NCBI RefSeq assembly: GCF_037042905.1
Contig: NC_087248.1
Span: 20,770,001-20,834,000 of the forward strand
Reading direction: 5' to 3'
DNA from: Lytechinus pictus
Taxonomy: Eukaryota
Length of the DNA stretch: 64,000 bases
How positions within the stretch are numbered: position 1 is the stretch's first letter; each line of letters begins with the position of its first letter. The notes below the pieces were generated by a model, which ran no database searches, was not told the DNA's origin, and saw only the letters and a list, made by a program, of their open reading frames with translations. This document shows positions 36,255-62,940 of this stretch, piece by piece. Both the position numbers and the translations under genes were made by a program.

Positions 36255-36414
36255 CCTCGCTCACATTTGCTCTACGGCGGCCGCACGGCGAGTATAAAAC
36301 AGCCGTTTTAACATTTTTTGTACCAGCTATACATAGGTGGTTTGAATAAAAATGAATAAAACGGCTGTTTTCGACTCGCCGCACGGCAGCCGTAGAGCAA
36401 ATGTGACCAAGGTA
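36255..36414. mobile_element. about 160-bp MITE (GGTCACATTTGCTCTACGGC TIR), copy 1
   Basis: Palindromic structure; homologues at about 51903-52072 and 52102-52252. Confidence 0.8.
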
Positions 36415-36875
36415 TTGCAAGGGATTTGATTGTCCTCGTCTTACGTAACGGTTGCAGCCTCTGTCGCGTGTGCGACCTCAAGCTGAGGACAGACGTGTGT
36501 TAACAGACGTGTTTGTATTTGTCCAGAGACTTGCTTGTCAACAGAGTCCAGTTCAGGGTCTGTCCTTGAGTTACATAATATCAAGGTCAGACGTTTAGTC
36601 GCGTGCGGCCTTCAACTCGCGAGGACAGGTATCTGTCGTGAGCGACCTCTCTTACCTCAAGCTGAGGACAGGGAAAGGGGCACGTTTATCGTGGAATAAT
36701 TCCAGGGTCTTGCGTGTCAACAGAGCTCGTCCTTGTGTTATATAACATCAAGGACAATCAATCAGTCGCGTGCGGTCCCCGGATGATGGGATAGGGTAGA
36801 AACATACAGATGTATACTAATTATTAGTATATATCTCTATGGGTAGAAACTAACTTCAAGAATGTTTCGCTCAAT

Positions 36876-37304
36876 AGACCAGTTCGTAGTTACATCAGGG
36901 ACAATTTTGGTCAAATGACCTTTCATTTATTTCATTATGATAGGCAGATTTCAAAGCAGGATATAACACATGCATGCCTTACATAGCAGGATGGAGAAAT
37001 TGAATTATACCAGGTGACTAGAATAGCACACCATTGAAGACTCCATGAAGGTATTTGTTGCATTTTTACTTTGAATGCATATTATAGCATGTTGTACAAT
37101 GTACTTGGCAAACTGCAGTGAAATACCAGTCGTGGACGCATCTTTGTTCTTTGTGGATGCAAATGAAAAACACAATTGAAAAGAATATATGAATAATCAA
37201 GACACCAAAGTTGGTGCTTATCTCATTAAAGTTTAAACCACCATGCCACTTTAGTACAAATGACCTTTCTCTGATCATGCGCAGAATGGAACTACGAACT
37301 GGCT
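36876..37304. mobile_element. non-autonomous DNA transposon (CCAGTTCGTAGTT TIR), copy 2
   Basis: Colinear with 25735-26190. Confidence 0.85.
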
Positions 37305-37986
37305 TAACGGCCATGCCGGGGCGCGAACATGTCTATCTCGCTAATGTATATAGATATATACCGGGGAGTTACAACTTCTTGCTTGGGAGTCTGAGATACA
37401 AAAGTAAAAAAAACAAACAAAAAAAAACACACACACACGAAACTACAACGAAGTGAAATGAAAGCTTTTACAACATTATTTCTCCCTACACATAAGCTTG
37501 GAGCTTGAGTAACAAAGAAAGTCAGAAATTTCGATATACCTCGTGTGTTTGCTGTGTTCGTCGACAGTGTTATTGCTTATGAGAACCCGCCTTGTCGTTA
37601 CATTGCCGACTAAAGGGCATTAATGTAAACCTAAAAAGTCAGAAAATTAACTGGTGTCCCCGAACAGATCTGATAATGCATTTATGTCGTTGGGCATATT
37701 TAAAGAGAACTAAGACGGTATGACACCTTCACGTTTTGTATTGGTTGACGAGCAACCAATCGTGGCGGAGTGCATCGTTAACCATAGAAACGACTTTTCT
37801 TATCTCATTTGCATTATACACGGCAACGGAGTTATGGTTTGCCCAAACAGGTGAATAGTAAATAATAACGCCCTCGAGAGGAACCGTCATTTTGGTTGAT
37901 TGCTCGCGGCACATCAGACGTCGAAAGCAGTTGCGAAAACTTCTGTTCATCTTATTCACACAAACTGTACAAAGACTCATTTTATC

Positions 37987-43241
<5,255 letters not shown>

Positions 43242-44091
43242 AAGTTGCACTATCTGGTTGCATTGTAAAGATTTCCAGCGGGGGGTGGTTGAGGCGGTGT
43301 TCCGAAACAATGTTTACATATTAAATCACTTATTCATAGCTCACTGTATCCCCTTCGGTTTATCCATTCTTCGTATCAAGCAATTTACAAAAATTAAATG
43401 TTCAAAGATTGTTTGTCCTCGCTTTCTATTTACATTTACATTCAGGTTATAATAATTTGTTCAGCCTCCAAAAATCATAACTATTCCTGTCCGATGGATT
43501 TCCTTCTTCAGCTGTTTAGTAAATTAAAAGGCAAACATAGTACATATCACCACCAGCGTAATGCTATCACATTATCATGATCATTATGTTTGACGGCCAT
43601 GATCATGATGACAATTTGTCCTAATCAATTACCACTTTTTGAAGCTCATGGATTTCCAGCTGTAATCATCAGTGATTTTGTATTAGCCAACCATTTATAA
43701 GAGTAGGTTACAACAAGCAATAAGTGCAAAGGTTGTGCAATATTTCATTTTGTTTTTAACTTTCTCCCCCACGATAAATTTTTAAGCAACAATGCGAGCT
43801 ACATTATTTTGCCAAACAGGCCCATATTATCGGAGACATATGAAATTAAGCCATAAACGTTTGTCCCTTTACCACCCTGTCAGTGTTTAAGTGACTTTAC
43901 GTTAATTGACGGGAAAGTTCATGAGATCTTAAAATACTACAAGTATAATAGAATCAAGCCGAACATAAAATTACATATATAAATATTGCCTTTACGCAAG
44001 ATGACCTCTGATTGCGGTGCCTGAATAACACCATTGAAACGCAGGAGATGGAGAACAGTATCGTTATCGCATGCAAAGAACGGGGGGGGGG

Positions 44092-44250
44092 GGGGGCGTT
44101 TCATCAATATTTTCGTCCGACAAGTTGTCAGATCTGACAACTTTCCTGGATTCTGATTGGTTGAGAAGGACTGTTACTATAGTAACTGTCGGAAAAAAAT
44201 AGGACTTGTCGGATAAAACGTCCGACAAGTCCTTTCATGAAACGCTCCCC
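44092..44250. mobile_element. about 160-bp X-box-bearing MITE, copy 2
   Basis: Colinear with 31934-32092; central GTTACTATAGTAAC. Confidence 0.8.
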
Positions 44251-47079
44251 TGGAGTTCCACTTGGTTCAATTCCATTAAGTATTTATTATTCTCGGGACC
44301 CCACCTTAACGTCACTTCCCTTTTGACTTGTGGGCCACTCTCCGGGAGGGGGGGGGGTGGCACTCGGAAAGGGTAGGGGTGTGTGGCCTCAAACTCTGAA
44401 ACCACACCCATAAGAACGGTAGTTGCTTATGGAAGGAGGGGCTTAAGAACTAACAAGTTAGGCGTATTAGGTGGACCTCTGCACATGGGGGTGCTTGGGA
44501 ACTGACTCATGAAATGAGGAGTTTAAGAACGGGGGAGAACGGGTTGGTCAATGAAAAAAAAAAGGTTAAACGATATGCTTATGAACGGCTGGCAAAGTCG
44601 TGAAAAGGGGCTCTTAAGGGTTGCACATACCCATATACTGTCATTATGTGCGAGCGCCCCCCTCCCCTCCCCCGACTACTCAATTCATCATGTTCACGGC
44701 CGTTTGAATATTATTATGTGCAAGCTAGTATGAAGTCATTATAGGATTCTCGTATGTTAATCGCCACTTTGAATTTCATCTTTTTATTCTGAATGCTAAA
44801 CCTTGAATTGTTAATGTTTCGTGTATAATGAAAAATCTAAATAAACCTTGAGAACTTTCCTTTATCGTCTGTGTACTTGAACGATTATGACGCCCTCTCG
44901 CAACAATAATATGACATCCAAACCATATTATTATTTTAAGAAATTCTATAAATATATAACTAGTAGCCGATTGGTTAGCTGGTGTGCCCTTTTTTACGAA
45001 CAATCATTTAGCACGCGCGATATTTAATTTCTCTATTTGTATTGAAGTGTTATTCCTCGAAGATGTTTAATCTTGTAGGACCTACTAATGTAATAGGTGG
45101 ATGGGTGACTAATCTATATTAATAATTATGTCATATAATCGTCACCAATGGTTTAACGTCGTATGGACCGCCTTTGCCGACGACGTCCTACTTACGAAAG
45201 CGACTGGCGCGTATAATCTGGAGAGATTGAAGAGCGCCATCATATTCAACAACAACAACAACAACCAGCATGAGTCGTGTGATTTATTAAATATGTTTGT
45301 ATCAATATGAGCTATATTAAAAGGGAAAAGAGAAAAAAGGGGAGGTAGACAGAGAGGAAGAGGGGGGGGGAATAACTAGGGATATCGAGATGAGAGGGGA
45401 AGAAGAGAGAGAGAGAGAAATAGAGTTTAAAAAAAGGGGGAAAAATAGCATGAAGAGGGAAGGAGGATTAGGGGGGTGGGAGGGGGAAAGAGTGAGATGT
45501 ATAGTATAACGAAAGCAAGGGTAGATGTCTTTCTACTTAAATCGGAATCAGAAAAATTGGAAGAAAAAAAAATCTTTGAATGACATATCACCAGTCGTTT
45601 TCATTAGCATGATTGGTTTAGCTGCAATATAAATGTATGTGAGAATATTCTGTTCATGAAATGTTTTTGCGGAGGTAATGGGTGAACCAATACGAACTTT
45701 CGATTCACATTCAAATCGTTGCCGAATACTAATCATGCTGATGATTGAATAATCTCAGTCAATTTCCTCGACAATATCTCTATATTGACCCCCCCCCATG
45801 TATCTTCATTTATAAAGTGACAATCTCTTTTGATCAAATAATCCTACTTCTTGATGTCAAGAAATCGGATTTTAGAAATTATGAATGCTTTCATGATGAT
45901 CAAAAAATAATTTTGCGTTGTTCCCGAATTACATTATTGATATCAAGGATATTAGGATTCCCAGAAGAAATACGATTATTAAAATGATATAACTGCTTGA
46001 CATAACCATGATAACTGTATGGGTATAACACGCAAACACATGTCTAAAACTTGTAGGTGTGACAGGCCCGTCACTCACCAAGCCTCATCATCAATTTGAT
46101 ATTTTCCCATCTATGCCTTCTCTCTATATTTAATGATATACCCCCATCTTTCTTACCAACAACCTATCTCTCTCCACCTCCTTTCTCTCTATTTCCCTCC
46201 GCCTTTGGCTTTCAGTATCCTCTCCCCCATCATTACCTTCTCCTATGTACCCTAAACATTTCCCCCTATCTTTCTCTCAATCACCACTTTCTTTCATTAT
46301 TTCTTCTGGCAAACAAAAATTCTGATGCAAACAAATTTTCGGCATTACTCGATCGCATGCTCGATCTGTAATGAAAATCATAAGTCAGACAAAAATTTGG
46401 AACCAGTGGGATTCGAACCTGCCATCTACTGCTTTCAGGGCAGCGGAACATTACAGATCGAGCATGCGATCTTAAACACATAGGAGTAATGCCGAAAATG
46501 TGTTTACAAATTATAATTTCCTCCTATTAAAGCCTCTTTATTTACAAGTATTCTGATGTTATCTAACCCCGTTTCCAATCCCTTTTCCCTCTATCATGTA
46601 TTACCAAAATAAGATTTCAAGATTGGTATGTATAAGGTGGACATTTCTCTACAAACATAGTAGATTGTTCGCTCAGCCCATCGTGTCCTTTGCAGTTTCA
46701 ACGTATACACAATGGTATTTTGCAGGTCATCTTAATGATAATTAGGGAGTTTTTTTTTACCGCAACGCAGAACGAATCCAGAACAGAGTAAACATGTTGA
46801 AAATGCACATTAAATGACAATGGACAGATGGGCGGTCTTTGTCGAAAATTGGCAAACCGGAACTGTTTCGTCATACGTTTCATAGGTGACGAAAAATAGC
46901 ATATATATATATTGCTTGTCCGGATTCCAGAACGAAACTGCTGTTTTGATTCACCAATTGTCAACAAAGACTTCTTGGTTGCTCTTTGTAATGCATGACG
47001 CTTGATAATACATTTTCTTTGTTCTTAATTCCGTTCTGTATCGCCGTGCGAAAACTCACTAATAAGGATATTTAAAAAC

Positions 47080-47500
47080 GCCATCATCGCCATCCAGGTA
47101 ACTTGATAATTGCCGTCACCACATCCAAAACAATTTCTTTTCCCTACCACTCGCCATAAATCATATCATCTTCATCATCATCATCATCATCATCATCCTC
47201 TTTCTCGTCGTCATTACCATTATTATCGCCATCTTCATTTTCACCATCATCTTCATCATCACCATTATCATAATCATCATCATCATCATTCTATTCTCCA
47301 TCTTCGTTATCATCGCCACCACCAGCACCATCCATCATCATCACCACCATCAGCATTGTCTTCATTACCATCACCCTTCATGTCAGTAATCATACCCTTC
47401 ATTAACATCGCCGTCGTCATCACCATCGTAACTAGTATCATCATCATCATCATCATTATCATCGTCATTATCATCGTCATTATCATCGTCATCACAATAG
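47080..47500. repeat. (CAT)n-derived low-complexity tract
   Basis: Degenerate CAT repeats; the poly-H/I ORF across it is compositional. Confidence 0.9.
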
Positions 47501-47792
47501 TCGAACAAATCCAACTGGTTTCACACTAATATAGATCAGTCCTGCATCAGTCACTGCATTTCACTCGCACATCTCGAACACAATGAAACGACTGATTACA
47601 AATTTGATGCCAGGTGTCCTTTTTGCCAAGACTGCAAGAGATATGTCAAAGGTAGACATTTATTTCAAATACTGAAATGGGAATCATATTTTCCCTCCCA
47701 CATGGGAAAGCTTTAGGAATTAGGTAGATATTGTTTTAGGTGAAACGATCAATTTCTCAAACCAAATCTATGACTTCGGGTTTAAAGGCAAG

Positions 47793-51086
<3,294 letters not shown>

Positions 51087-51224
51087 ATTGAAGTTCTTGA
51101 GTTATCAAGTGTTCAGGAAAAAAAATTGTTGACAGTGATGTCCGAAATTCACAAGATGCCTTCGACGTGCGATGTGTCTACAGCAAAAGATGAAAGTATG
51201 TCCACTCACTGAATGCGATGCTCG

Positions 51225-51345
51225 TTTTATACAGTTCTCCCGTTGCTATGGCTCTGACCATCAACAGTTTGTAGATAGCTCTCAGCCAATGGGGGTTGGG
51301 GCGACACCCACTGATCTGGGGAGATCAGAGACTCGACCCAATCAT
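51225..51345 (-). promoter_or_regulatory. proximal promoter of gene E (TATA, X-box-like, CCAAT boxes)
   Basis: TATAAAA on - at 51225-51231; GTTGCTATGGCTC at 51242-51254; CCAAT near 51286 and 51338. Confidence 0.72.
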
Positions 51346-51902
51346 CGAAGAAAATGAGGCCAGTGGTCGCCTTTGATCTTGCCTCGATACATGCTATATG
51401 AATTGAAAGGTGTCCGGATTCGTACTTGAGGTTGATTCATAATCGATATTTCATTAACTGATTTCTTTGTTCGTGCAGACAGACAGACCACATGTCCAAT
51501 ACCGACCGCTGGCGACGCTCAAACGTCCCTCGACCTTCACACAATATCAATATTTTTGTGAAAGACTCATCCCATGTATCTTTGCATGATTCGCACGTGT
51601 AGGCCGTTGCATGAAACGCAACTAAAACAATCAAGCGCAGGTTAAAAAAATGCGCGTTTTCGATTGGTTGAAATTCAAATTGCAATTGAGTTTTTGAGTT
51701 GTGTTTGATTGCAAGACTTTCTGAAACGGCCTCCCAGAATGCTGCAGCCACACCACCGAGACCGAAATCAAACCGACCGATGTTCTGTCATTCGATATAA
51801 CGTAAAAAATTGAATGGTCTGAAATCGGTCTCTTTATTGTGACTGAGCACTAGCCATCGGGTCATATAATCCAGTCAAACTGGGATAAGCTGACAAACTT
51901 TA

Positions 51903-52252
51903 TACCTCAGTCACATTTTCTCTACAGGGGGTCGTCCGGCGATTGCCGAAACAGCAGTTTTAACATTTTTGTATCAGCAGCTCATATGTTGGTGGTTTGA
52001 ATAGGAATGAATAAAAACGGCTGTTTTCTACTCGCCGTACGCGGCCTCCGTTGGGTAAATGTGACCGAGGTATCAGCGGAGCGAATTGGCTCAGTCGGTA
52101 ATACCTTGGTCACATTTGCTCTACGGCGGCCGTACGGCGAGTCGAAAGCAGCCGTTTTATTAATCTTAATTCAAACCACCAATATGTAGTTGGACAAAAA
52201 AATGTTAAAACGGCTGTTTTCGACTCGCCGTAGAGCAAAAGTGACCAAGGTA
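51903..52252. mobile_element. two adjacent about 150-170-bp MITEs (GGTCACATTT TIR family); the second interrupts a tRNA-derived SINE head
   Basis: Copies at about 51903-52072 and 52102-52252. A box TGGCTCAGTCGG lies before, and B box GGTTCGAGTCC (~52284) after, the second copy. Confidence 0.75.
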
Positions 52253-52597
52253 TAAAGCGTCTACCTGTTGAAAAACAGATCAGGGTTCGAGTCCAACCCA
52301 GACGGATAAGTGGATAGTGTGCGTGTGTTTATAGACGTGTTCGATAGAATAGCCCCTTATCTATTGTATATCCTGTGGCGGATGGGGGGGGGGGGGGGAG
52401 GAGGTAGACACCTGTTTTCTATTTTTTCTCTCTCTTCCCCCTGTTCTTAATCTCTCTCTCCCCTCCTCTCTCTTTCTCTCTCCCAGGTCCTTTATGGATA
52501 TCATTGGCCTACCATCGTTCACTGATCTGTACATCAGTACCACCATTGCATGACCATCATGAAGTAACAATTACATTATCACTTCAATGGGTTTTCA

Positions 52598-53052
52598 GGG
52601 CCCCGTCTTACAAAGAGTTACGATTGATCCGATCAATCACAACTATGGACGGCTAGCAACGTCAACATCTATGTTAGTTCAAAATATTTTCTAACTATGA
52701 TGTATATTCATGCATTCATTGTTTTTTTGAACATTTACTGTGTTTCTCTTTGTTTACAAAGAACAGTGGCGTAACTACGGGGGGGGGGGGCATGGGGGTG
52801 CACGTGCCCCCCCCCCCAATCGGCTGGCAAAAAAAACGGGGGGAAAGGAGAAAGAGAAGGAGAAAGAAAGAGAAACGTAGTGGGGAAGAAGAAATTATTG
52901 TATTTTATATATTATGTTATGTAATATTCTACATATTACATCATATTACATAAGAAATATTTTTCATAAATTTATGAAACATATGTCTTAGGGCGTATAT
53001 AGAGGGCTAATATGTTCATCATTTCTGGTGCTCGCATTGTCTGAGTAATAAG

Positions 53053-53091
<39 letters not shown>

Positions 53092-54304
53092 CCTGTTATA
53101 CTAAAACATCCCGTTTTCAAGTCAATATACACCAAATATATTTCCTCGCATTTTGGGTATTTATTGTTTTATGTAGTGACATATGCTTTTTTTAAATGAC
53201 TATTTCATGATTGCCCCCTTTTAAGGTCTGAATATCAAACATTTCCTGTCCGTGCTTGCGTTCGCATTAGTGGACTGGCGAGATGTCTGCTCTTCATATT
53301 AAAAAAAATCAGCTCGCGCTTCGCGCTCGCATCATTTGGTTAATGAAATACGTATAATGGTCTAAGTGAATTCCTACAAACAAGCCTTAGAATGGCCCTC
53401 TTCAGGTCTGAATTTCAAAAATTTTCAGCTCGCGCTTCAAGCTCGCAATACTTGAGTAGTCAGATATGTATCATGTTCATGATTACAATGACTACAAAAG
53501 GTGTTTCATAGGTTCGGTGTCATTCTAACAAAATCAGAAAGCGCTTGCATGGCGCTCGCATTAGATGACTATGGTGAGATATATATGCTCTTTATGAATT
53601 CCCTTAAACAGTCCCTGTTTCGGGTCAATATATACAAAAAGTTTCAGCTCGCGCTTCGCGCTCGCATTGTTCGTTTTGTGAGAGAGGTACGTATCATGAT
53701 TACAAAACTTTGCTTATGATATCCTATCTTAGGTTTGAATATCAAAAATTTTCAGCTCGCGCTTCCCGCTCGCATTATTTGATAAGTGAGATACATATCC
53801 GTTTAATGACACCGTCCTTAAAATATCTCTATTAGGTCAGTATACCTTGCAATTGAGCGCGCTTCGCGCGCCCACTAAGTGACTCAACATTTTTGCTGGT
53901 GCCCCCCCCCCCAATGCCATGACCCACGGTAAGCCACTGACAAAGAACATTGTGCAAATTTCCTGTAGAAAAAAATATGGTATGGATGGGTTTCCATAGA
54001 GTTACGATTGATCGGATCAATCGTAACAGCCCTGGGGCCTGTCTTACAAAGAGTTACGATTGATCCAATCAATCGCAACTATGGACGGCCAGCAACGTCA
54101 ACATCTATGATTCATGTTTGTTCAAAATATTTTCTAACTATGATGTATCTTCATGCATTCATTGTTTTCTTGAAAATTCATTGTGCTTCTCTTTGTTTGC
54201 AAAGAACATTGGGCAAATTTCCCGTAGAAAAAATTATGACACTGATGGATTTCCATAGAGTTACGATTGATTGGATTAATCGTAACTCTTTGTAAGACGG
54301 GGCC
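52598..54304. mobile_element. two tandem Harbinger-like MITEs (GGGCCCCGTCTTACAAAGAGTTACGATT TIR); the first is split by a hAT-like element
   Basis: Copy 1 at about 52598-54030 (interrupted); copy 2 at about 54035-54304, intact with TIRs. Confidence 0.8.
52764..53939. mobile_element. hAT-like non-autonomous element (CAGTGGC termini, 8-bp TSD) with internal AGCTCGCGCTTCGCGCTCGCA tandem units
   Basis: TSD ACAAAGAA at 52756-52763 and 53940-53947. The empty site is visible in the neighbouring intact MITE copy. Confidence 0.9.
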
Positions 54305-54694
54305 TTGATCTACATTTGATCATGCACAGATAACCCTCGACGAAAGTTTAAGACCGATTATTGTACGGTTGAAAAAAAACGTTGTTTATTTATTTCTTTA
54401 GGTATCTATAGTTACAAAGATTTGGTTCAACAGACAGCGCTTGCATAAAAAACAGGAATGTGTGGACCGTTATTGTTATTTTGCTGTTTTTTGTTTTCGA
54501 TGACAACAGGGCTCAGCAGTCAACCAATATCAGAGTTTCAACCATTAGCATATAGAGGGGGTTTGCGCACTGCCCCCTCCCCAAAAAGTTCCACGACCAA
54601 CAAAAGTGAAAGTATACTATTTTATATATATATATATATATATGTTCATGATTTTAAGTCAAAATCACGAAATTAATCTTGATTTTAATATATA

Positions 54695-54890
54695 TAATAT
54701 AATAATAAGAAAACATTTATAATGCGCAAAACATATCCACCCAATTAGGGGTGCTCAAGGCGCTTACATTAAACTTAACTCACTACTGGTACAACTCCCA
54801 TCTTTTAACGGCTTTTGGTCTGACGCGGCCGGGGTTTGAACCCCCGACCTCCCGGTTGTGAGACGGACGCTCAACCAACTGAGCCAACAC
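54695..54890 (-). mobile_element. tRNA-derived SINE (V-domain-like), internally deleted, joined to an L2-type tail
   Basis: Minus strand reads TGGCTCAGTTGG...GGTTCAAACCCC-GGCCGCGTCAGACCAAAAG...; then TGTAAGCGCCTTGAGCA...GCGCATTATAAATG plus an AT-rich tail. Confidence 0.7.
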
Positions 54891-55843
54891 ATGCTTGTTT
54901 GATATGTTCAATGATAGATAGTTCAACATTATTTGAGGAAGATATTAAAGACGTGGGACGTCTTCTGCTCCCTCATTGCTTAGCCTTACATCCCCCCCCC
55001 ATCTTGATAGCAGACGTGGTCATTATGACGTCATAAATTTGCCGTTAATACTGGTCACATGTCGTATGCACGTCGTCTTTACGACGTTATTTAAAAATAA
55101 CTAATTACTAATTTTCCGAAAAACATCGTTGGGCATTATAATTGGGAGAAAACACCCGTTTGCAAATTGCCTTGCTTAAACCGAGGTACCCCACATAGCG
55201 ATGTATCTAACTCACCTGTTATGTATGAAAGCATCATAAGGATTGAATCCATACGTCGATAATATTCATTGCTATGTCAGGTAATCCTCCGGGACAAGTT
55301 TTAGCCAAGCCATTGAAACCCTGTATTCAAGAAGATTTAAAAATAATCAGAATATCGGCGGTCGTGTTCAGATGAAAAACCCTGTTCGTGCTCAGTCCTT
55401 CCATTTGGTCCAGGGGTCCATGATATCGTTTTGTTGTCATGGGCTCGTCGGTTTGTTGTTGAGGTCGTTAGAGTTCACTTTGTATTAAACCGCGGAATTT
55501 CATTTCATTCTAATCCCATTCAGTTATCGCATACCCCAGAACCATGCTAAGTGGGTGTGGGGTTTAAAAAAATCACTGTTTCGTAGTGCTACAGAATACA
55601 TTGTTTTCATGGTTACTTACGTCTACATATTCATGGCTTACGTCTACAGATTATCCCCGATTACTCAAGTGTGCACCCTGGGCAGTGAAGTATCAAACTC
55701 TATTCAGATATTTCCTATAACCTGAAGGGAATTTGCAGAGCCAGTTTAAAGTCCGATATTGCCTCATACGCATCGTACGTCGAGGTTATCGTTTGAATTA
55801 ATTCTTCAAGAAGTTTGGAATCTTACTATAAACACATCTCAAC

Positions 55844-60404
<4,561 letters not shown>

Positions 60405-61064
60405 AAGTTGCACCGTCTGGTTGAAGAGAGGAATATGGGGGGGGGGGGGGTAGCAGTTCTTCGCACATTCACATGCTTTGAATAATTTATTTCATGCAAT
60501 TCACCAATTCATCTTTGTTCTAACAGGGCTATACAAATAGATAAATATTCCGGAAAAAGTAAATATTTAACATAAAATTATGAACGGGCTAACAACAAAG
60601 GCCATGGGGTGGTTTCCTTTGTGATAGTTTGAATTAGCAACAAACGAAAAATGTAAGAAGGATAAGAGGAACAAAAAGGAATAGGAATGTAGGGAGAAAA
60701 GCATCGAATAAATAAGGGTATTGGGAAGAGGAGGAACTGCCTTAATGTTATATATCTATATATCTTTATAAAAAAAAGATGAAAAAGTCTCCTTGTAGGC
60801 CGATCATCTGGATTGAATTCCGTGGTTTCGCTACACATTTCTTATGGTGGTAGATCATGTTGATCGCCTAATATATAATTCCCATTTTCAGGAAGCCATT
60901 GATTTTCTGGCTTCATCACATGGCTTCATACAGTACAGATGCACCAGGAAATTAACATTCTAAAATGCAGTATATCATTGTATCAGCAATAAATGAATTG
61001 TACTAATTCTCAATAAGGCGTCGGAATCCTATTGTTGTCGCTATGCTGTTGTTAAGGAAGGAGA

Positions 61065-61372
61065 AAACGATGATGATGATGGTTATAATGGTAGTGATGG
61101 TNNNNNNNNNNNNNNNNNNNNNNNNNNNNNNNNNNNNNNNNNNNNNNNNNNNNNNNNNNNNNNNNNNNNNNNNNNNNNNNNNNNNNNNNNNNNNNNNNNN
61201 NNNNNNNNNNNNNNNNNNNNNNNNNNNNNNNNNNNNNNNNNNNNNNNNNNNNNNNNNNNNNNNNNNNNNNNGTCGTGATGATGTTGGTCTTGATGACGAT
61301 GATGATTTTGATTATGATGATGATACCGACGATGTCAATAACGTCAGCGACGAAGATGATGAGGATGACAGT
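61065..61372. repeat. (GAT)n-derived tract containing an assembly gap (N at 61102-61271)
   Basis: GAT repeats on both sides of a 170-N run. Confidence 0.9.
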
Positions 61373-61888
61373 TCTGGATATTCACGGGTGTCCATTTGTA
61401 TTATTGATTCAATGTCCAGAATATATGCACGGTCGTTAAAAAAGGTTGGAGAGGTTGTACTATGCAAAACAAAGAAGAGATAGATCTACAAATTATACAT
61501 GTCATAGGAAAGAGGGGTATATAGTGTCATATGAGGTCCAATATGTGCAAGGTATCTGATTATACCGGTCAATTATATGGTGACGCAGCATTTGCTCCTG
61601 CGACATTTGCTCTGGTCTTGATATCCCAGAGGGCATAGGATTAGAGTCATGATTGTAAATAGTTTTTGGTTCAGAATAATGTAAAGATAATGATAATGGT
61701 TTATTTAGTTTTGTAGGTTAGGTTTCATGTTCGGCTAAACCTGCAGATTATCCGTCGGAGCAATTGTAGTCGGACCTAATGTCATGGAACAAATCATATA
61801 CTACGAAATAGCGCAGCGAGTGTGTACTCTTTTGTGGTAGACATGTTATTGCATAATCACAATACGGTGTATAAATTAACATGATTAA

Positions 61889-62471
61889 AGGAGAATGAAA
61901 CCCTTGAAACTAGCTGAATCCATATCAAAGAGAAAAATCAAAGAAACATATTGTTGAAAGTTTGAGGAAGATTGAATGAATAATAAGAAAGTTATGAGCA
62001 TTTGAATATTGAGATCACTAGTGCCATGTAGATCCTCCCATCGGCAATGCGACCAAGATCTGTGATATCACACACGTACAACTCCCTCATTACTTTAGTA
62101 CTTATTTCACTTATATTCTCACTTTTATAGAGTCTATCACAAGGTTAGGTGTTTTCTTTATGAGATGACAAGTACAGAGGTTTCACAACATTATATCATT
62201 GATGAATCGTTTGTCATATGATTAGAATGAGCAAAAAGAGATGTTTTGGGGTATATTTTCAGTGTCCGAATGGGAGAGTTGTACGTGTGTGACATCACAG
62301 ATCTTGGTCGCATTGCCAATGGGAGGATCTCCATAGCATTAGTGATCTCGACATTCAAATGCTCATAACTCTTTTATTGCTAGTCCTATTTTACTCAAAG
62401 TTTTGTTGATCTTATTCTTTGATTTTTCTGCTTTCACAAAAGCTAACTTGCTCCAAGAGTTTCATTCTCCT
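61889..62471. mobile_element. TTAA-flanked Kolobok-like MITE (AGGAGAATGAAAC termini)
   Basis: TTAA at 61885-61888 and 62472-62475; about 200-bp imperfect TIRs. Confidence 0.87.
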
Positions 62472-62475
62472 TTAA

Positions 62476-62696
62476 AGGGGAAGTTCACCCTGACCGTAAA
62501 GTTTATCGTAAAAATAGCAGGAAAATAAATATTGGTGAATGATCGAGGGAAATCCATCAAAGATTACTTAAAAAGTGAAAAAAAAACTTAAAATTCTAAT
62601 GAATTTCCTAACCCTTGATGGATTTTCCTCAACCTTCATTAATATTTTCTATTATTTTTTCTGATATTTTACAACAAACTTTTGTTGGGGCGAACT
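62476..62696. mobile_element. internally deleted Kolobok-like MITE of the AGGGGAAGTTCACCC family
   Basis: Starts directly after the shared TTAA; ends match 20333-21037. Confidence 0.75.
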
Positions 62697-62940
62697 TTAA
62701 GTTCCAAATTTATTTATTTATTTATTTATTAATTAATTAATCAATTAATTAATTCCTTTTAGTTCCCAACCCGATTTTTTTCTCATTTTGAGGAATTAAT
62801 ACTGAAACTACTGATGGGTGATTCCCTGCATGCTGGGTCGTTCGAGATATATTTTGACAACATTTTACTTTTTTTTTTTACTTTAAAAAACAAATTAGCA
62901 TTTCTCTTGATTAATGGTGATCCAGAAGGGAACAAGAACC

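Noticed and set aside
36660-36690. Hammerhead-like CTGAGGA...GAAA
   Set aside because: Only 4 nt between the core boxes and no convincing stems I and III; the other repeat copy lacks GAAA.
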